Source of the DNA: Eledone cirrhosa | Lineage: Eukaryota | DNA length: 64,000 nt | Assembly: GCA_964016885.1 (NCBI GenBank) | Contig: OZ024740.1 | Location: 416,888,001-416,952,000 of the forward strand | Direction: 5' to 3' | Shown here: positions 37,701-51,900 of the stretch, piece after piece | How positions within the stretch are numbered: position 1 is the stretch's first letter | Layout: every line of letters starts with the position of its first letter | Made by a program: the position numbers and the translations under genes | The notes under the pieces: generated by a model | Told to the model about the DNA's origin: nothing | Seen by the model: the letters and a program-made list of their open reading frames with translations, nothing else | The model's database searches: none

Positions 37701-40700
37701 TGTGTTGGTGGTGTTGACACAGTATAGTTTGTTGTGATGTGTTGGTGGTGTTGGTAGAGTATAGTTTGTTGTGATGTGTTGGTAGTGTTGGTACAGTATT
37801 GTTTGTTGTGATGTGTTGGTGGTGTTGGTACAGTGTAGTTTGTGGTGATGTGTTGGTAGTGTTGATACAGTATAGTTTGTTGTGATGTGTTGGTGGTGTT
37901 GGCACAGTATAGTTTGTTGTGATGTGGTGGTGGTGTTGGTAGAGTATAGTTTGTTGTGATGTGTTGGTAGTGTTGATACATTATAGTTTGTTGTGATGTG
38001 TTGGTGGTGTTGGCACAGTATAGTTTGTTGTGATGTGGTGGTGGTGTTGGTAGAGTATAGTTTTTTGTGTTGTGTTGGTGGTGTTGGTAGAGTATAGTTT
38101 GTTATGATGTGTTGGTGGTGTTGGTAGAGTATAGTTTGTTGTGATGTGTTGGTGGTGTTGGTAGAGTATAGTTTGTTGTGATGTGTTGGTGGTGTTGACA
38201 CAGTATAGTTTGTTGTGATGTGTTGGTGGTGTTGGTAGAGTATAGTTTGTTGTGATGTGTTGGTGGTGTTGGTAGAGTATAGTTTGTTGTGATGTGTTGG
38301 TAGTGTTGATACAGTATAGTTTGTTGTGATGTGTTGGTGGTGTTGGCACAGTATAGTCTGTTGTGATGTGGTGGTGGTGTTGGTAGAGTATAGTTTGTTG
38401 TGATGTGTTGGTGGTGTTGGTAGAGTATAGTTTATGATGTGTTGGTGGTGTTGGTAGAGTATAGTTTGTTGTGATGTGTTGGTGGTGTTGGTAGAGTGCA
38501 GTTTGTTGTGATGTGTTGGTGGTGTTGGCACAGTATAGTTTGTTGTGATGTGTTGGTGGTGTTGGTAGAGTATAGTTTGTTGTGATGTGTTGGTGGTGTT
38601 GGCACAGTATAGTTTCTGGTGATGTGTTGGTGGTGTTGGCACAGTATAGTTTGTTGTGATGTGTTGGTGGTGTTGGCACAGTATAGTTTGTTGTGATGTG
38701 TTGGTGGTGTTGGTAGAGTATAGTTTGTTGTGATGTGGTGATGGTGTTGGTAGAGTATAGTTTGTTGTGTTGTGTTGGTGGTGTTGGTAGAGTATAGTTT
38801 GTTATGATGTGTTGGTGGTGTTGGTAGAGTATAGTTTGTTGTGATGTGTTGGTGGTGTTGGTAGAGTATAGTTTGTTGTGATGTGTTGGTGGTGTTGACA
38901 CAGTATAGTTTGTTGTGATGTGTTGGTGGTGTTGGTACAGTATAGTTTGTTGTGATGTGTTGGTGGTGTTGGTAGAGTATAGTTTGTTGTGATGTGTTGG
39001 TGGTGTTGGTAGAGTATAGTTTGTTGTGATGTGTTGGTGGTGTTGGTAGAGTATAGTTTGTTGTGATGTGTTGGTGGTGTTGGTAGAGTATAGTTTGTTG
39101 TGATGTGTTGGTGGTGTTGGTAGAGTATAGTTTGTTGTGATGTGTTGGTAGTGTTGATACATTATAGTTTGTTGTGATGTGTTGGTGGTGTTGGCACAGT
39201 ATAGTTTGTTGTGATGTGGTGATGGTGTTGGTAGAGTATAGTTTGTTGTGTTGTGTTGGTGGTGTTGGTAGAGTATAGTTTGTTATGATGTGTTGGTGGT
39301 GTTGGTAGAGTATAGTTTGTTGTGATGTGTTGGTGGTGTTGGTAGAGTATAGTTTGTTGTGATGTGTTGGTGGTGTTGACACAGTATAGTTTGTTGTGAT
39401 GTGTTGGTGGTGTTGGTACAGTATAGTTTGTTGTGATGTGTTGGTGGTGTTGGTAGAGTATAGTTTGTTGTGATGTGTTGGTGGTGTTGGTAGAGTATAG
39501 TTTGTTGTGATGTGTTGGTGGTGTTGGTAGAGTATAGTTTGTTGTGATGTGTTGGTGGTGTTGGTAGAGTATAGTTTGTTGTGATGTGTTGGTGGTGTTG
39601 GTAGAGTATAGTTTGTTGTGATGTGTTGGTGGTGTTGACACAGTATGGTTTGTTGTGATGTGTTGGTGGTGTTGGTAGAGTATAGTTTGTTGTGATGTGT
39701 TGGTAGTGTTGGTACAGTATAGTTTGTTGTGATGTGTTGGTGGTGTTGGTACAGTGTAGTTTGTGGTGATGTGTTGGTGGTGTTTGCACAGTATAGCTTG
39801 TTGTCATGTGTTGGTGGTGTTCGTAGAGTATAGTTTGTTGTGAAGTCTTGGTGGTGTTGGTACATTATAGTTTGTTGTGATGTGTTGGTAGTGTTGATAC
39901 AGTATAGTTTGTTGTGATGTGTTGGTGGTGATGGCACAGTATAGTTGTTGTGATGTGGTGGTGGTGTTGGTAGAGTATAGTTTGTTGTGATGTGTTGGTG
40001 GTGTTGGTAGAGTATAGTTTGTTATGATGTGTTGGTGGTGTTGGTAGAGTATTGTTTGTTGTGATGTGTTGGTGGTGTTGGTAGAGTATAGTTTGTTGTG
40101 ATGTGTTGGTTGTGTTGGCACAGTATAGTTTGTTGTGATGTGTTGGTGGTGTTGGTAGAGTATAGTTTGTTGTGATGTGTTGGTGGTGTTGGCACAGTAT
40201 AGTTTGTTGTTATGTGTTGGTGGTGTTGGCACAGTATAGTTTGTTGTGATGTGTTGGTGGTGTTGGCACAGTATAGTTTGTTGTGATGTGTTGCTGGTGT
40301 TGGTAGAGTATAGTTTGTTGTGATGTGTTGGTGGTGTTGGTAGAGTATAGTTTGTTGTGATGTGTTGGTGGTGTTGGTACAGTATAGTTTGTTGTGATGT
40401 GTTGATGGTGTTGGTAGAGTATAGTTCATTGTGATGTGTTGGTGGTGTTGGTACAGTATAGTTTGTTGTGATGTGTTGGTGATGTTGGCACAGTATAGTT
40501 TCTTGTGATGTGTTGGGGATGTTGGTAGAGTATAGTTTGTTGTGATGTGTTGGTGGTGTTGGTACATTATAGTTTGTTGTGATGTGTTGGTGGTGTTAAT
40601 AGAGTATAGTTTGTTGTGATGTGTTGGTGGTGTTGGTAGAGTATAGTTTGTTGTGATGTGCTGGTGGTGTTGGTTGAGTATTGTCTGTTGTGATGTGTTG

Positions 40701-43100
40701 GTGGTGTTGGCACAGTATAGTTTATTGTGATGTGTTGGTGGTGTTGGTACAGTATAATTTGTTGTGATGTGTTGGTGCTGTTGGTACAGTATTGTTTGTT
40801 GTGATGTGTTGGTGATGTTGGTACAGTATAGTTTGTTGTGATGTGTTGGTGGTGTTGGCACGGCATAGTTTGTTGTGATGTGTTGGTGGTGTTGGTACAG
40901 TATAGTTTATTGTGATGTGTTGGTGGTGTTGGCACAGTATATTTTGTTGTGATGTGTTGGTGGAGTTGGTACAGTATAGTTTGTTGTGATGTGTTGGTGG
41001 TGTTGGTACAGTATAGTTTGTTGTGATGTGTTGGTGGTGTTGGCACAGTATAGTTTGTTGTGATGTGTTGGTGATGTTGGTAGAGTATAGTTTGTTGTGA
41101 TGTGTCGGTGGTGTTGGTACATTATAGTTTGTTGTGATGTGTTGGTGGTGTTGGTAGAGTATAGTTTGTTGTGATGTGTTGGTGGTGTTGGTACATTATA
41201 GTTTGTTGTGATGTGTTGCTGGTGTTGATACAGTATAGTTTGTTGTGATGTGGTGGTGGTGTTGGTAGAGTATAGTTTGTTGTGATGTGTTGGTGGTGTT
41301 GGCACAGTATAGTTTGTTGTGATGTGTTGGTGGTGTTGGCACAGTATAGTTTGTTGTGATGTGTTGGTGGTGTTGGCACAGTATAGTTTGTTATGATGTG
41401 TTGGTGGTGTTGCTAGAGTATAGTTTGTTGTGATATGTTGGTGGTGTTGGTAGAGTATAGTTTGTTGTGATGTGTTGGTGGTGTTGACACAGTATAGTTT
41501 GTTGTGATGTGTTGGTGGTGTTGGTACAGTATAGTTTGTTGTGATGTGTTGGTGGTGTTGGTAGAGTATAGTTTGTTGTGATGTGTTGGTGGTGTTGGTA
41601 GAGTATAGTTTGTTGTGATGTGTTGGTGGTGTTGGCACAGTATAGTTTGTTGAAATGTGTTTGTGGTGTTGGCACAGTATAGTTTGTTGTGATGTGTTGG
41701 TGGTGTTGGTAGAGTATAGTTTGTTGTGATGTGTTGGTGGTGTTGGTACAGTATAGTTTGTTGTGATGTGTTGGTGGTGTTGGTACAGTATAGTTTGTTG
41801 AAATGTGTTGGTGGTGTTGGCACAGTATAGTTTGTTGTGATGTGTTGGTGGTGTTGGTAGAGTATAGTTTGTTGTGATGAGTTGGTGGTGTTGGCACAGT
41901 ATAGTTTGTTGTGATGTGTTGGTGGTGTTGGTACAGTATAGTTTGTTGTGATGTGTTGGTGGTGTTGGTACAGTATAGTTTATTGTGACGTGATGGTGGT
42001 GTTGGTACAGTATAATTTGTTGTGATGTGTTGGTTGTGTTGGTACAGTATAGTTTGTTGTGATGTGTTGGTGGTGTTGGTAGAGTACAGTTTATTTTGAT
42101 GTGTTGGTGGTGTTGGCACAGTATAGTTTGTTGTGATGTGTTGGTGGTGTTGGTACAGTATAGTTTGTTGTGATGAGTTGGTGGTGTTGGTAGAGTATAG
42201 TTTGTTGTGATTTGTTGGTGGTGTTGGTAGAGTATAGTTTGTTGTGATGTGCTGGTGGTGTTGACATAGTATAGTTTGTTGTGATGTGTTGGTGGTGTTG
42301 ATACAGTATAGTTTGTTGTGATGTGTTGGTGGTGTTGGGAGAGTATCGTTTGTTGTGATGTGTTGGTGGTGTTGGCACAGTATAGTTTGTTGTGATGTGT
42401 TGGTGGTGTTGGTAGAGTATAGTTTGTTGTGATGTGTTGGTGGTGTTGACACAGTATAGTTTGTTGTGATGTGTTGGTGGTGTTGGTAGAGTATAGTTTG
42501 TTGTGATGTGTTGGTAGTGTTGGTACAGTATTGTTTGTTGTGATGTGTTGGTGGTGTTGGTACAGTGTAGTTTGTGGTGATGTGTTGGTAGTGTTGATAC
42601 AGTATAGTTTGTTGTGATGTGTTGGTGGTGTTGGCACAGTATAGTTTGTTGTGATGTGGTGGTGGTGTTGGTAGAGTATAGTTTGTTGTGATGTGTTGGT
42701 AGTGTTGATACATTATAGTTTGTTGTGATGTGTTGGTGGTGTTGGCACAGTATAGTTTGTTGTGATGTGGTGGTGGTGTTGGTAGAGTATAGTTTTTTGT
42801 GTTGTGTTGGTGGTGTTGGTAGAGTATAGTTTGTTATGATGTGTTGGTGGTGTTGGTAGAGTATAGTTTGTTGTGATGTGTTGGTGGTGTTGGTAGAGTA
42901 TAGTTTGTTGTGATGTGTTGGTGGTGTTGACACAGTATAGTTTGTTGTGATGTGTTGGTGGTGTTGGTAGAGTATAGTTTGTTGTGATGTGTTGGTGGTG
43001 TTGGTAGAGTATAGTTTGTTGTGATGTGTTGGTAGTGTTGATACAGTATAGTTTGTTGTGATGTGTTGGTGGTGTTGGCACAGTATAGTCTGTTGTGATG
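34390..43100. repeat. Tandem block duplication of 128 monomers (4732 bp)
   Basis: ORF pairs 34430/39162, 35290/40022, 36175/40907 and 36659/41391 are offset 4732 = 128x37-4 (one -1 unit and one -3 unit). Confidence 0.92.
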
Positions 43101-44250
43101 TGTTGGTGGTGTTGGTACAGTATAGTTTATTGTGATGTGATGGTGGTGTTGGTACAGTATAATTTGTTGTGATGTGTTGGTTGTGTTGGTACAGTATAGT
43201 TTGTTGTGATGTGTTGGTGGTGTTGGTAGAGTACAGTTTATTTTGATGTGTTGGTGGTGTTGGCACAGTATAGTTTGTTGTGATGTGTTGGTGGTGTTGG
43301 TACAGTATAGTTTGTTGTGATGAGTTGGTGGTGTTGGTAGAGTATAGTTTGTTGTGATTTGTTGGTGGTGTTGGTAGAGTATAGTTTGTTGTGATGTGCT
43401 GGTGGTGTTGACATAGTATAGTTTGTTGTGATGTGTTGGTGGTGTTGATACAGTATAGTTTGTTGTGATGTGTTGGTGGTGTTGGGAGAGTATCGTTTGT
43501 TGTGATGTGTTGGTGGTGTTGGCACAGTATAGTTTGTTGTGATGTGTTGGTGGTGTTGGTAGAGTATAGTTTGTTGTGATGTGTTGGTGGTGTTGACACA
43601 GTATAGTTTGTTGTGATGTGTTGGTGGTGTTGGTAGAGTATAGTTTGTTGTGATGTGTTGGTAGTGTTGGTACAGTATTGTTTGTTGTGATGTGTTGGTG
43701 GTGTTGGTACAGTGTAGTTTGTGGTGATGTGTTGGTAGTGTTGATACAGTATAGTTTGTTGTGATGTGTTGGTGGTGTTGGCACAGTATAGTTTGTTGTG
43801 ATGTGGTGGTGGTGTTGGTAGAGTATAGTTTGTTGTGATGTGTTGGTAGTGTTGATACATTATAGTTTGTTGTGATGTGTTGGTGGTGTTGGCACAGTAT
43901 AGTTTGTTGTGATGTGGTGGTGGTGTTGGTAGAGTATAGTTTTTTGTGTTGTGTTGGTGGTGTTGGTAGAGTATAGTTTGTTATGATGTGTTGGTGGTGT
44001 TGGTAGAGTATAGTTTGTTGTGATGTGTTGGTGGTGTTGGTAGAGTATAGTTTGTTGTGATGTGTTGGTGGTGTTGACACAGTATAGTTTGTTGTGATGT
44101 GTTGGTGGTGTTGGTAGAGTATAGTTTGTTGTGATGTGTTGGTGGTGTTGGTAGAGTATAGTTTGTTGTGATGTGTTGGTAGTGTTGATACAGTATAGTT
44201 TGTTGTGATGTGTTGGTGGTGTTGGCACAGTATAGTCTGTTGTGATGTGG
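41955..44250. repeat. Tandem block duplication of 31 monomers (1147 bp)
   Basis: ORF boundaries 42091/43238 and 42713/43860 are offset 1147 = 31x37. The GTTTTTTGTGTTG marker is duplicated. Confidence 0.85.
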
Positions 44251-45780
44251 TGGTGGTGTTGGTAGAGTATAGTTTGTTGTGATGTGTTGGTGGTGTTGGT
44301 AGAGTATAGTTTATGATGTGTTGGTGGTGTTGGTAGAGTATAGTTTGTTGTGATGTGTTGGTGGTGTTGGTAGAGTGCAGTTTGTTGTGATGTGTTGGTG
44401 GTGTTGGCACAGTATAGTTTGTTGTGATGTGTTGGTGGTATTGGTACAGTATAGTTTGTTGTGATGTGTTGGTGGTGTTGGTACAGTATAGTTTATTGTG
44501 ATGTGATGGTTGTGTTGGTACAGTATAGTTTGTTGTGATGTGTTGGTGGTGTTGGTAGAGTACAGTTTATTTTGATGTGTTGGTGGTGTTGGCACAGTAT
44601 AGTTTGTTGTGATGTGTTGGTGCTGTTGGTACAGTATAGTTTGTTGTGATGAGTTGGTGGTGTTGGTAGAGTATAGTTTGTTGTGATTTGTTGGTGGTGT
44701 TGGTAGAGTATAGTTTGTTGTGATGTGTTGGTGGTGTTGACACAGTATAGTTTGTTGTGATGTGTTGGTGGTGTTGATACAGTATAGTTTGTTGTGATGT
44801 GTTGGTGGTGTTGGGAGAGTATCGTTTGTTGTGATGTGTTGGTGGTGTTGGCACAGTATAGTTTGTTGTGATGTGTTGGTGGTGTTGGTAGAGTATAGTT
44901 TGTTGTGATGTGTTGGTGGTGTTGACACAGTATAGTTTGTTGTGATGTGTTGGTGGTGTTGGTAGAGTATAGTTTGTTGTGATGTGTTGGTGGTGTTGGT
45001 AGAGTATAGTTTGTTGTGATGTGTTGGTAGTGTTGATACAGTATAGTTTGTTGTGATGTGTTGGTGGTGTTGGCACAGTATAGTCTGTTGTGATGTGGTG
45101 GTGGTGTTGGTAGAGTATAGTTTGTTGTGATGTGTTGGTGGTGTTGGTAGAGTATAGTTTATGATGTGTTGGTGGTGTTGGTAGAGTATAGTTTGTTGTG
45201 ATGTGTTGGTGGTGTTGGTAGAGTGCAGTTTGTTGTGATGTGTTGGTGGTGTTGGCACAGTATAGTTTGTTGTGATGTGTTGGTGGTATTGGTACAGTAT
45301 AGTTTGTTGTGATGTGTTGGTGGTGTTGGTACAGTATAGTTTATTGTGATGTGATGGTTGTGTTGGTACAGTATAGTTTGTTGTGATGTGTTGGTGGTGT
45401 TGGTAGAGTACAGTTTATTTTGATGTGTTGGTGGTGTTGGCACAGTATAGTTTGTTGTGATGTGTTGGTGCTGTTGGTACAGTATAGTTTGTTGTGATGA
45501 GTTGGTGGTGTTGGTAGAGTATAGTTTGTTGTGATTTGTTGGTGGTGTTGGTAGAGTATAGTTTGTTGTGATGTGTTGGTGGTGTTGACACAGTATAGTT
45601 TGTTGTGATGTGTTGGTGGTGTTGATACAGTATAGTTTGTTGTGATGTGTTGGTGGTGTTGGGAGAGTATCGTTTGTTGTGATGTGTTGGTGGTGTTGGC
45701 ACAGTATAGTTTGTTGTGATGTGTTGGTGTTGTTGGTAGAGTATAGTTTGTTGTGATGTGTTGGTGGTGTTGACACAGTA
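44080..45780. repeat. Tandem block duplication of 23 monomers (848 bp)
   Basis: ORF boundaries 44311/45159 and 44567/45415 are offset 848 = 23x37-3. Confidence 0.82.
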
Positions 45781-45984
45781 TAGTTTGTTGTGATGTATTG
45801 GTGGTGTTGGTAGAGTATAGTTTGTTGTGATGTGTTGGTAGTGTTGGTACAGTATAGTTTGTTGTGATGTGTTGATGGTGTTGGTAGAGTATAGTTCATT
45901 GTGATGTGTTGGTGGTGTTGGTACAGTATAGTTTGTTGTGATGTGTTGGTGGTGTTAATAGAGTATAGTTTGTTGTGATGTGTT

Positions 45985-48900
45985 GGTGGTGTTGGTACAT
46001 TATAGTTTGTTGTGATGTGTTGGTGGTGTTAATAGAGTATAGTTTGTTGTGATGTGTTGGTGGTGTTGGTAGAGTATAGTTTGTTGTGATGTGCTGGTGG
46101 TGTTGGTTGAGTATTGTCTGTTGTGATGTGTTGGTGGTGTTGGCACAGTATAGTTTATTGTGATGTGTTGGTGGTGTTGGTACAGTATAATTTGTTGTGA
46201 TGTGTTGGTGCTGTTGGTACAGTATTGTTTGTTGTGATGTGTTGGTGATGTTGGTACAGTATAGTTTGTTGTGATGTGTTGGTGGTGTTGGCACGGCATA
46301 GTTTGTTGTGATGTGTTGGTGGTGTTGGTACAGTATAGTTTATTGTGATGTGTTGGTGGTGTTGGCACAGTATATTTTGTTGTGATGTGTTGGTGGTGTT
46401 GGTACAGTATAGTTTGTTGTGATGTGTTGGTGGTGTTGGTACAGTATAGTTTGTTGTGATGTGTTGGTGGTGTTGGCACAGTATAGTTTGTTGTGATGTG
46501 TTGGTGATGTTGGTAGAGTATAGTTTGTTGTGATGTGTCGGTGGTGTTGGTACATTATAGTTTGTTGTGATGTGTTGGTGGTGTTGGTAGAGTATAGTTT
46601 GTTGTGATGTGTTGGTGGTGTTGGTACATTATAGTTTGTTGTGATGTGTTGCTGGTGTTGATACAGTATAGTTTGTTGTGATGTGGTGGTGGTGTTGGTA
46701 GAGTATAGTTTGTTGTGATGTGTTGGTGGTGTTGGCACAGTATAGTTTGTTGTGATGTGTTGGTGGTGTTGGCACAGTATAGTTTGTTGTGATGTGTTGG
46801 TGGTGTTGGCACAGTATAGTTTGTTATGATGTGTTGGTGGTGTTGGTAGAGTATAGTTTGTTGTGATATGTTGGTGGTGTTGGTAGAGTATAGTTTGTTG
46901 TGATGTGTTGGTGGTGTTGACACAGTATAGTTTGTTGTGATGTGTTGGTGGTGTTGGTACAGTATAGTTTGTTGTGATGTGTTGGTGGTGTTGGTAGAGT
47001 ATAGTTTGTTGTGATGTGTTGGTGGTGTTGGTAGAGTATAGTTTGTTGTGATGTGTTGGTGGTGTTGGCACAGTATAGTTTGTTGAAATGTGTTTGTGGT
47101 GTTGGCACAGTATAGTTTGTTGTGATGTGTTGGTGGTGTTGGTAGAGTATAGTTTGTTGTGATGTGTTGGTGGTGTTGGTACAGTATAGTTTGTTGTGAT
47201 GTGTTGGTGGTGTTGGTACAGTATAGTTTGTTGAAATGTGTTGGTGGTGTTGGCACAGTATAGTTTGTTGTGATGTGTTGGTGGTGTTGGTAGAGTATAG
47301 TTTGTTGTGATGAGTTGGTGGTGTTGGCACAGTATAGTTTGTTGTGATGTGTTGGTGGTGTTGGTACAGTATAGTTTGTTGTGATGTGTTGGTGGTGTTG
47401 GTACAGTATAGTTTATTGTGATGTGATGGTGGTGTTGGTACAGTATAATTTGTTGTGATGTGTTGGTTGTGTTGGTACAGTATAGTTTGTTGTGATGTGT
47501 TGGTGGTGTTGGTAGAGTACAGTTTATTTTGATGTGTTGGTGGTGTTGGCACAGTATAGTTTGTTGTGATGTGTTGGTGGTGTTGGTACAGTATAGTTTG
47601 TTGTGATGAGTTGGTGGTGTTGGTAGAGTATAGTTTGTTGTGATTTGTTGGTGGTGTTGGTAGAGTATAGTTTGTTGTGATGTGCTGGTGGTGTTGACAT
47701 AGTATAGTTTGTTGTGATGTGTTGGTGGTGTTGATACAGTATAGTTTGTTGTGATGTGTTGGTGGTGTTGGGAGAGTATCGTTTGTTGTGATGTGTTGGT
47801 GGTGTTGGCACAGTATAGTTTGTTGTGATGTGTTGGTGGTGTTGGTAGAGTATAGTTTGTTGTGATGTGTTGGTGGTGTTGACACAGTATAGTTTGTTGT
47901 GATGTGTTGGTGGTGTTGGTAGAGTATAGTTTGTTGTGATGTGTTGGTAGTGTTGGTACAGTATTGTTTGTTGTGATGTGTTGGTGGTGTTGGTACAGTG
48001 TAGTTTGTGGTGATGTGTTGGTAGTGTTGATACAGTATAGTTTGTTGTGATGTGTTGGTGGTGTTGGCACAGTATAGTTTGTTGTGATGTGGTGGTGGTG
48101 TTGGTAGAGTATAGTTTGTTGTGATGTGTTGGTAGTGTTGATACATTATAGTTTGTTGTGATGTGTTGGTGGTGTTGGCACAGTATAGTTTGTTGTGATG
48201 TGGTGGTGGTGTTGGTAGAGTATAGTTTTTTGTGTTGTGTTGGTGGTGTTGGTAGAGTATAGTTTGTTATGATGTGTTGGTGGTGTTGGTAGAGTATAGT
48301 TTGTTGTGATGTGTTGGTGGTGTTGGTAGAGTATAGTTTGTTGTGATGTGTTGGTGGTGTTGACACAGTATAGTTTGTTGTGATGTGTTGGTGGTGTTGG
48401 TAGAGTATAGTTTGTTGTGATGTGTTGGTGGTGTTGGTAGAGTATAGTTTGTTGTGATGTGTTGGTAGTGTTGATACAGTATAGTTTGTTGTGATGTGTT
48501 GGTGGTGTTGGCACAGTATAGTCTGTTGTGATGTGGTGGTGGTGTTGGTAGAGTATAGTTTGTTGTGATGTGTTGGTGGTGTTGGTAGAGTATAGTTTAT
48601 GATGTGTTGGTGGTGTTGGTAGAGTATAGTTTGTTGTGATGTGTTGGTGGTGTTGGTAGAGTGCAGTTTGTTGTGATGTGTTGGTGGTGTTGGCACAGTA
48701 TAGTTTGTTGTGATGTGTTGGTGGTATTGGTACAGTATAGTTTGTTGTGATGTGTTGGTGGTGTTGGTACAGTATAGTTTATTGTGATATGATGGTTGTG
48801 TTGGTACAGTATAGTTTGTTGTGATGTGTTGGTGGTGTTGGTAGAGTACAGTTTATTTTGATGTGTTGGTGGTGTTGGCACAGTATAGTTTGTTGTGATG

Positions 48901-51900
48901 TGTTGGTGCTGTTGGTACAGTATAGTTTGTTGTGATGAGTTGGTGGTGTTGGTAGAGTATAGTTTGTTGTGATTTGTTGGTGGTGTTGGTAGAGTATAGT
49001 TTGTTGTGATGTGTTGGTGGTGTTGACACAGTATAGTTTGTTGTGATGTGTTGGTGGTGTTGATACAGTATAGTTTGTTGTGATGTGTTGGTGGTGTTGG
49101 GAGAGTATCGTTTGTTGTGATGTGTTGGTGGTGTTGGCACAGTATAGTTTGTTGTGATGTGTTGGTGGTGTTGGTAGAGTATAGTTTGTTGTGATGTGTT
49201 GGTGGTGTTGACACAGTATAGTTTGTTGTGATGTGGTGGTGGTGTTGGTAGAGTATAGTTTGTTGTGATGTGTTGGTGGTGTTGGTAGAGTATAGTTTGT
49301 TATGATGTGTTGGTGGTGTTGGTAGAGTATTGTTTGTTGTGATGTCTTGGTGGTGTTGGTACATTATAGTTTGTTGTGATGTGTTGGTAGTGTTGATACA
49401 GTATAGTTTGTTGTGATGTGTTGGTGGTGATGGCACAGTATAGTTGTTGTGATGTGGTGGTGGTGTTGGTAGAGTATAGTTTGTTGTGATGTGTTGGTGG
49501 TGTTGGTAGAGTATAGTTTGTTATGATGTGTTGGTGGTGTTGGTAGAGTATTGTTTGTTGTGATGTGTTGGTGGTGTTGGTAGAGTATAGTTTGTTGTGA
49601 TGTGTTGGTTGTGTTGGCACAGTATAGTTTGTTGTGATGTGTTGGTGGTGTTGGTAGAGTATAGTTTGTTGTGATGTGTTGGTGGTGTTGGCACAGTATA
49701 GTTTGTTGTTATGTGTTGGTGGTGTTGGCACAGTATAGTTTGTTGTGATGTGTTGGTGGTGTTGGCACAGTATAGTTTGTTGTGATGTGTTGCTGGTGTT
49801 GGTAGAGTATAGTTTGTTGTGATGTGTTGGTGGTGTTGGTAGAGTATAGTTTGTTGTGATGTGTTGGTGGTGTTGGTACAGTATAGTTTGTTGTGATGTG
49901 TTGATGGTGTTGGTAGAGTATAGTTCATTGTGATGTGTTGGTGGTGTTGGTACAGTATAGTTTGTTGTGATGTGTTGGTGCTGTTGGCACAGTATAGTTT
50001 CTTGTGATGTGTTGGGGATGTTGGTAGAGTATAGTTTGTTGTGATGTGTTGGTGGTGTTGGTACATTATAGTTTGTTGTGATGTGTTGGTGGTGTTAATA
50101 GAGTATAGTTTGTTGTGATGTGTTGGTGGTGTTGGTAGAGTATAGTTTGTTGTGATGTGCTGGTGGTGTTGGTTGAGTATTGTCTGTTGTGATGTGTTGG
50201 TGGTGTTGGCACAGTATAGTTTATTGTGATGTGTTGGTGGTGTTGGTACAGTATAATTTGTTGTGATGTGTTGGTGCTGTTGGTACAGTATTGTTTGTTG
50301 TGATGTGTTGGTGATGTTGGTACAGTATAGTTTGTTGTGATGTGTTGGTGGTGTTGGCACGGCATAGTTTGTTGTGATGTGTTGGTGGTGTTGGTACAGT
50401 ATAGTTTATTGTGATGTGTTGGTGGTGTTGGCACAGTATATTTTGTTGTGATGTGTTGGTGGTGTTGGTACAGTATAGTTTGTTGTGATGTGTTGGTGGT
50501 GTTGGTACAGTATAGTTTGTTGTGATGTGTTGGTGGTGTTGGCACAGTATAGTTTGTTGTGATGTGTTGGTGATGTTGGTAGAGTATAGTTTGTTGTGAT
50601 GTGTCGGTGGTGTTGGTACATTATAGTTTGTTGTGATGTGTTGGTGGTGTTGGTAGAGTATAGTTTGTTGTGATGTGTTGGTGGTGTTGGTACATTATAG
50701 TTTGTTGTGATGTGTTGCTGGTGTTGATACAGTATAGTTTGTTGTGATGTGGTGGTGGTGTTGGTAGAGTATAGTTTGTTGTGATGTGTTGGTGGTGTTG
50801 GCACAGTATAGTTTGTTGTGATGTGTTGGTGGTGTTGGCACAGTATAGTTTGTTGTGATGTGTTGGTGGTGTTGGCACAGTATAGTTTGTTATGATGTGT
50901 TGGTGGTGTTGGTAGAGTATAGTTTGTTGTGATATGTTGGTGGTGTTGGTAGAGTATAGTTTGTTGTGATGTGTTGGTGGTGTTGACACAGTATAGTTTG
51001 TTGTGATGTGTTGGTGGTGTTGGTACAGTATAGTTTGTTGTGATGTGTTGGTGGTGTTGGTAGAGTATAGTTTGTTGTGATGTGTTGGTGGTGTTGGTAG
51101 AGTATAGTTTGTTGTGATGTGTTGGTGGTGTTGGCACAGTATAGTTTGTTGAAATGTGTTTGTGGTGTTGGCACAGTATAGTTTGTTGTGATGTGTTGGT
51201 GGTGTTGGTAGAGTATAGTTTGTTGTGATGTGTTGGTGGTGTTGGTACAGTATAGTTTGTTGTGATGTGTTGGTGGTGTTGGTACAGTATAGTTTGTTGA
51301 AATGTGTTGGTGGTGTTGGCACAGTATAGTTTGTTGTGATGTGTTGGTGGTGTTGGTAGAGTATAGTTTGTTGTGATGAGTTGGTGGTGTTGGCACAGTA
51401 TAGTTTGTTGTGATGTGTTGGTGGTGTTGGTACAGTATAGTTTGTTGTGATGTGTTGGTGGTGTTGGTACAGTATAGTTTATTGTGATGTGATGGTGGTG
51501 TTGGTACAGTATAATTTGTTGTGATGTGTTGGTTGTGTTGGTACAGTATAGTTTGTTGTGATGTGTTGGTGGTGTTGGTAGAGTACAGTTTATTTTGATG
51601 TGTTGGTGGTGTTGGCACAGTATAGTTTGTTGTGATGTGTTGGTGGTGTTGGTACAGTATAGTTTGTTGTGATGAGTTGGTGGTGTTGGTAGAGTATAGT
51701 TTGTTGTGATTTGTTGGTGGTGTTGGTAGAGTATAGTTTGTTGTGATGTGCTGGTGGTGTTGACATAGTATAGTTTGTTGTGATGTGTTGGTGGTGTTGA
51801 TACAGTATAGTTTGTTGTGATGTGTTGGTGGTGTTGGGAGAGTATCGTTTGTTGTGATGTGTTGGTGGTGTTGGCACAGTATAGTTTGTTGTGATGTGTT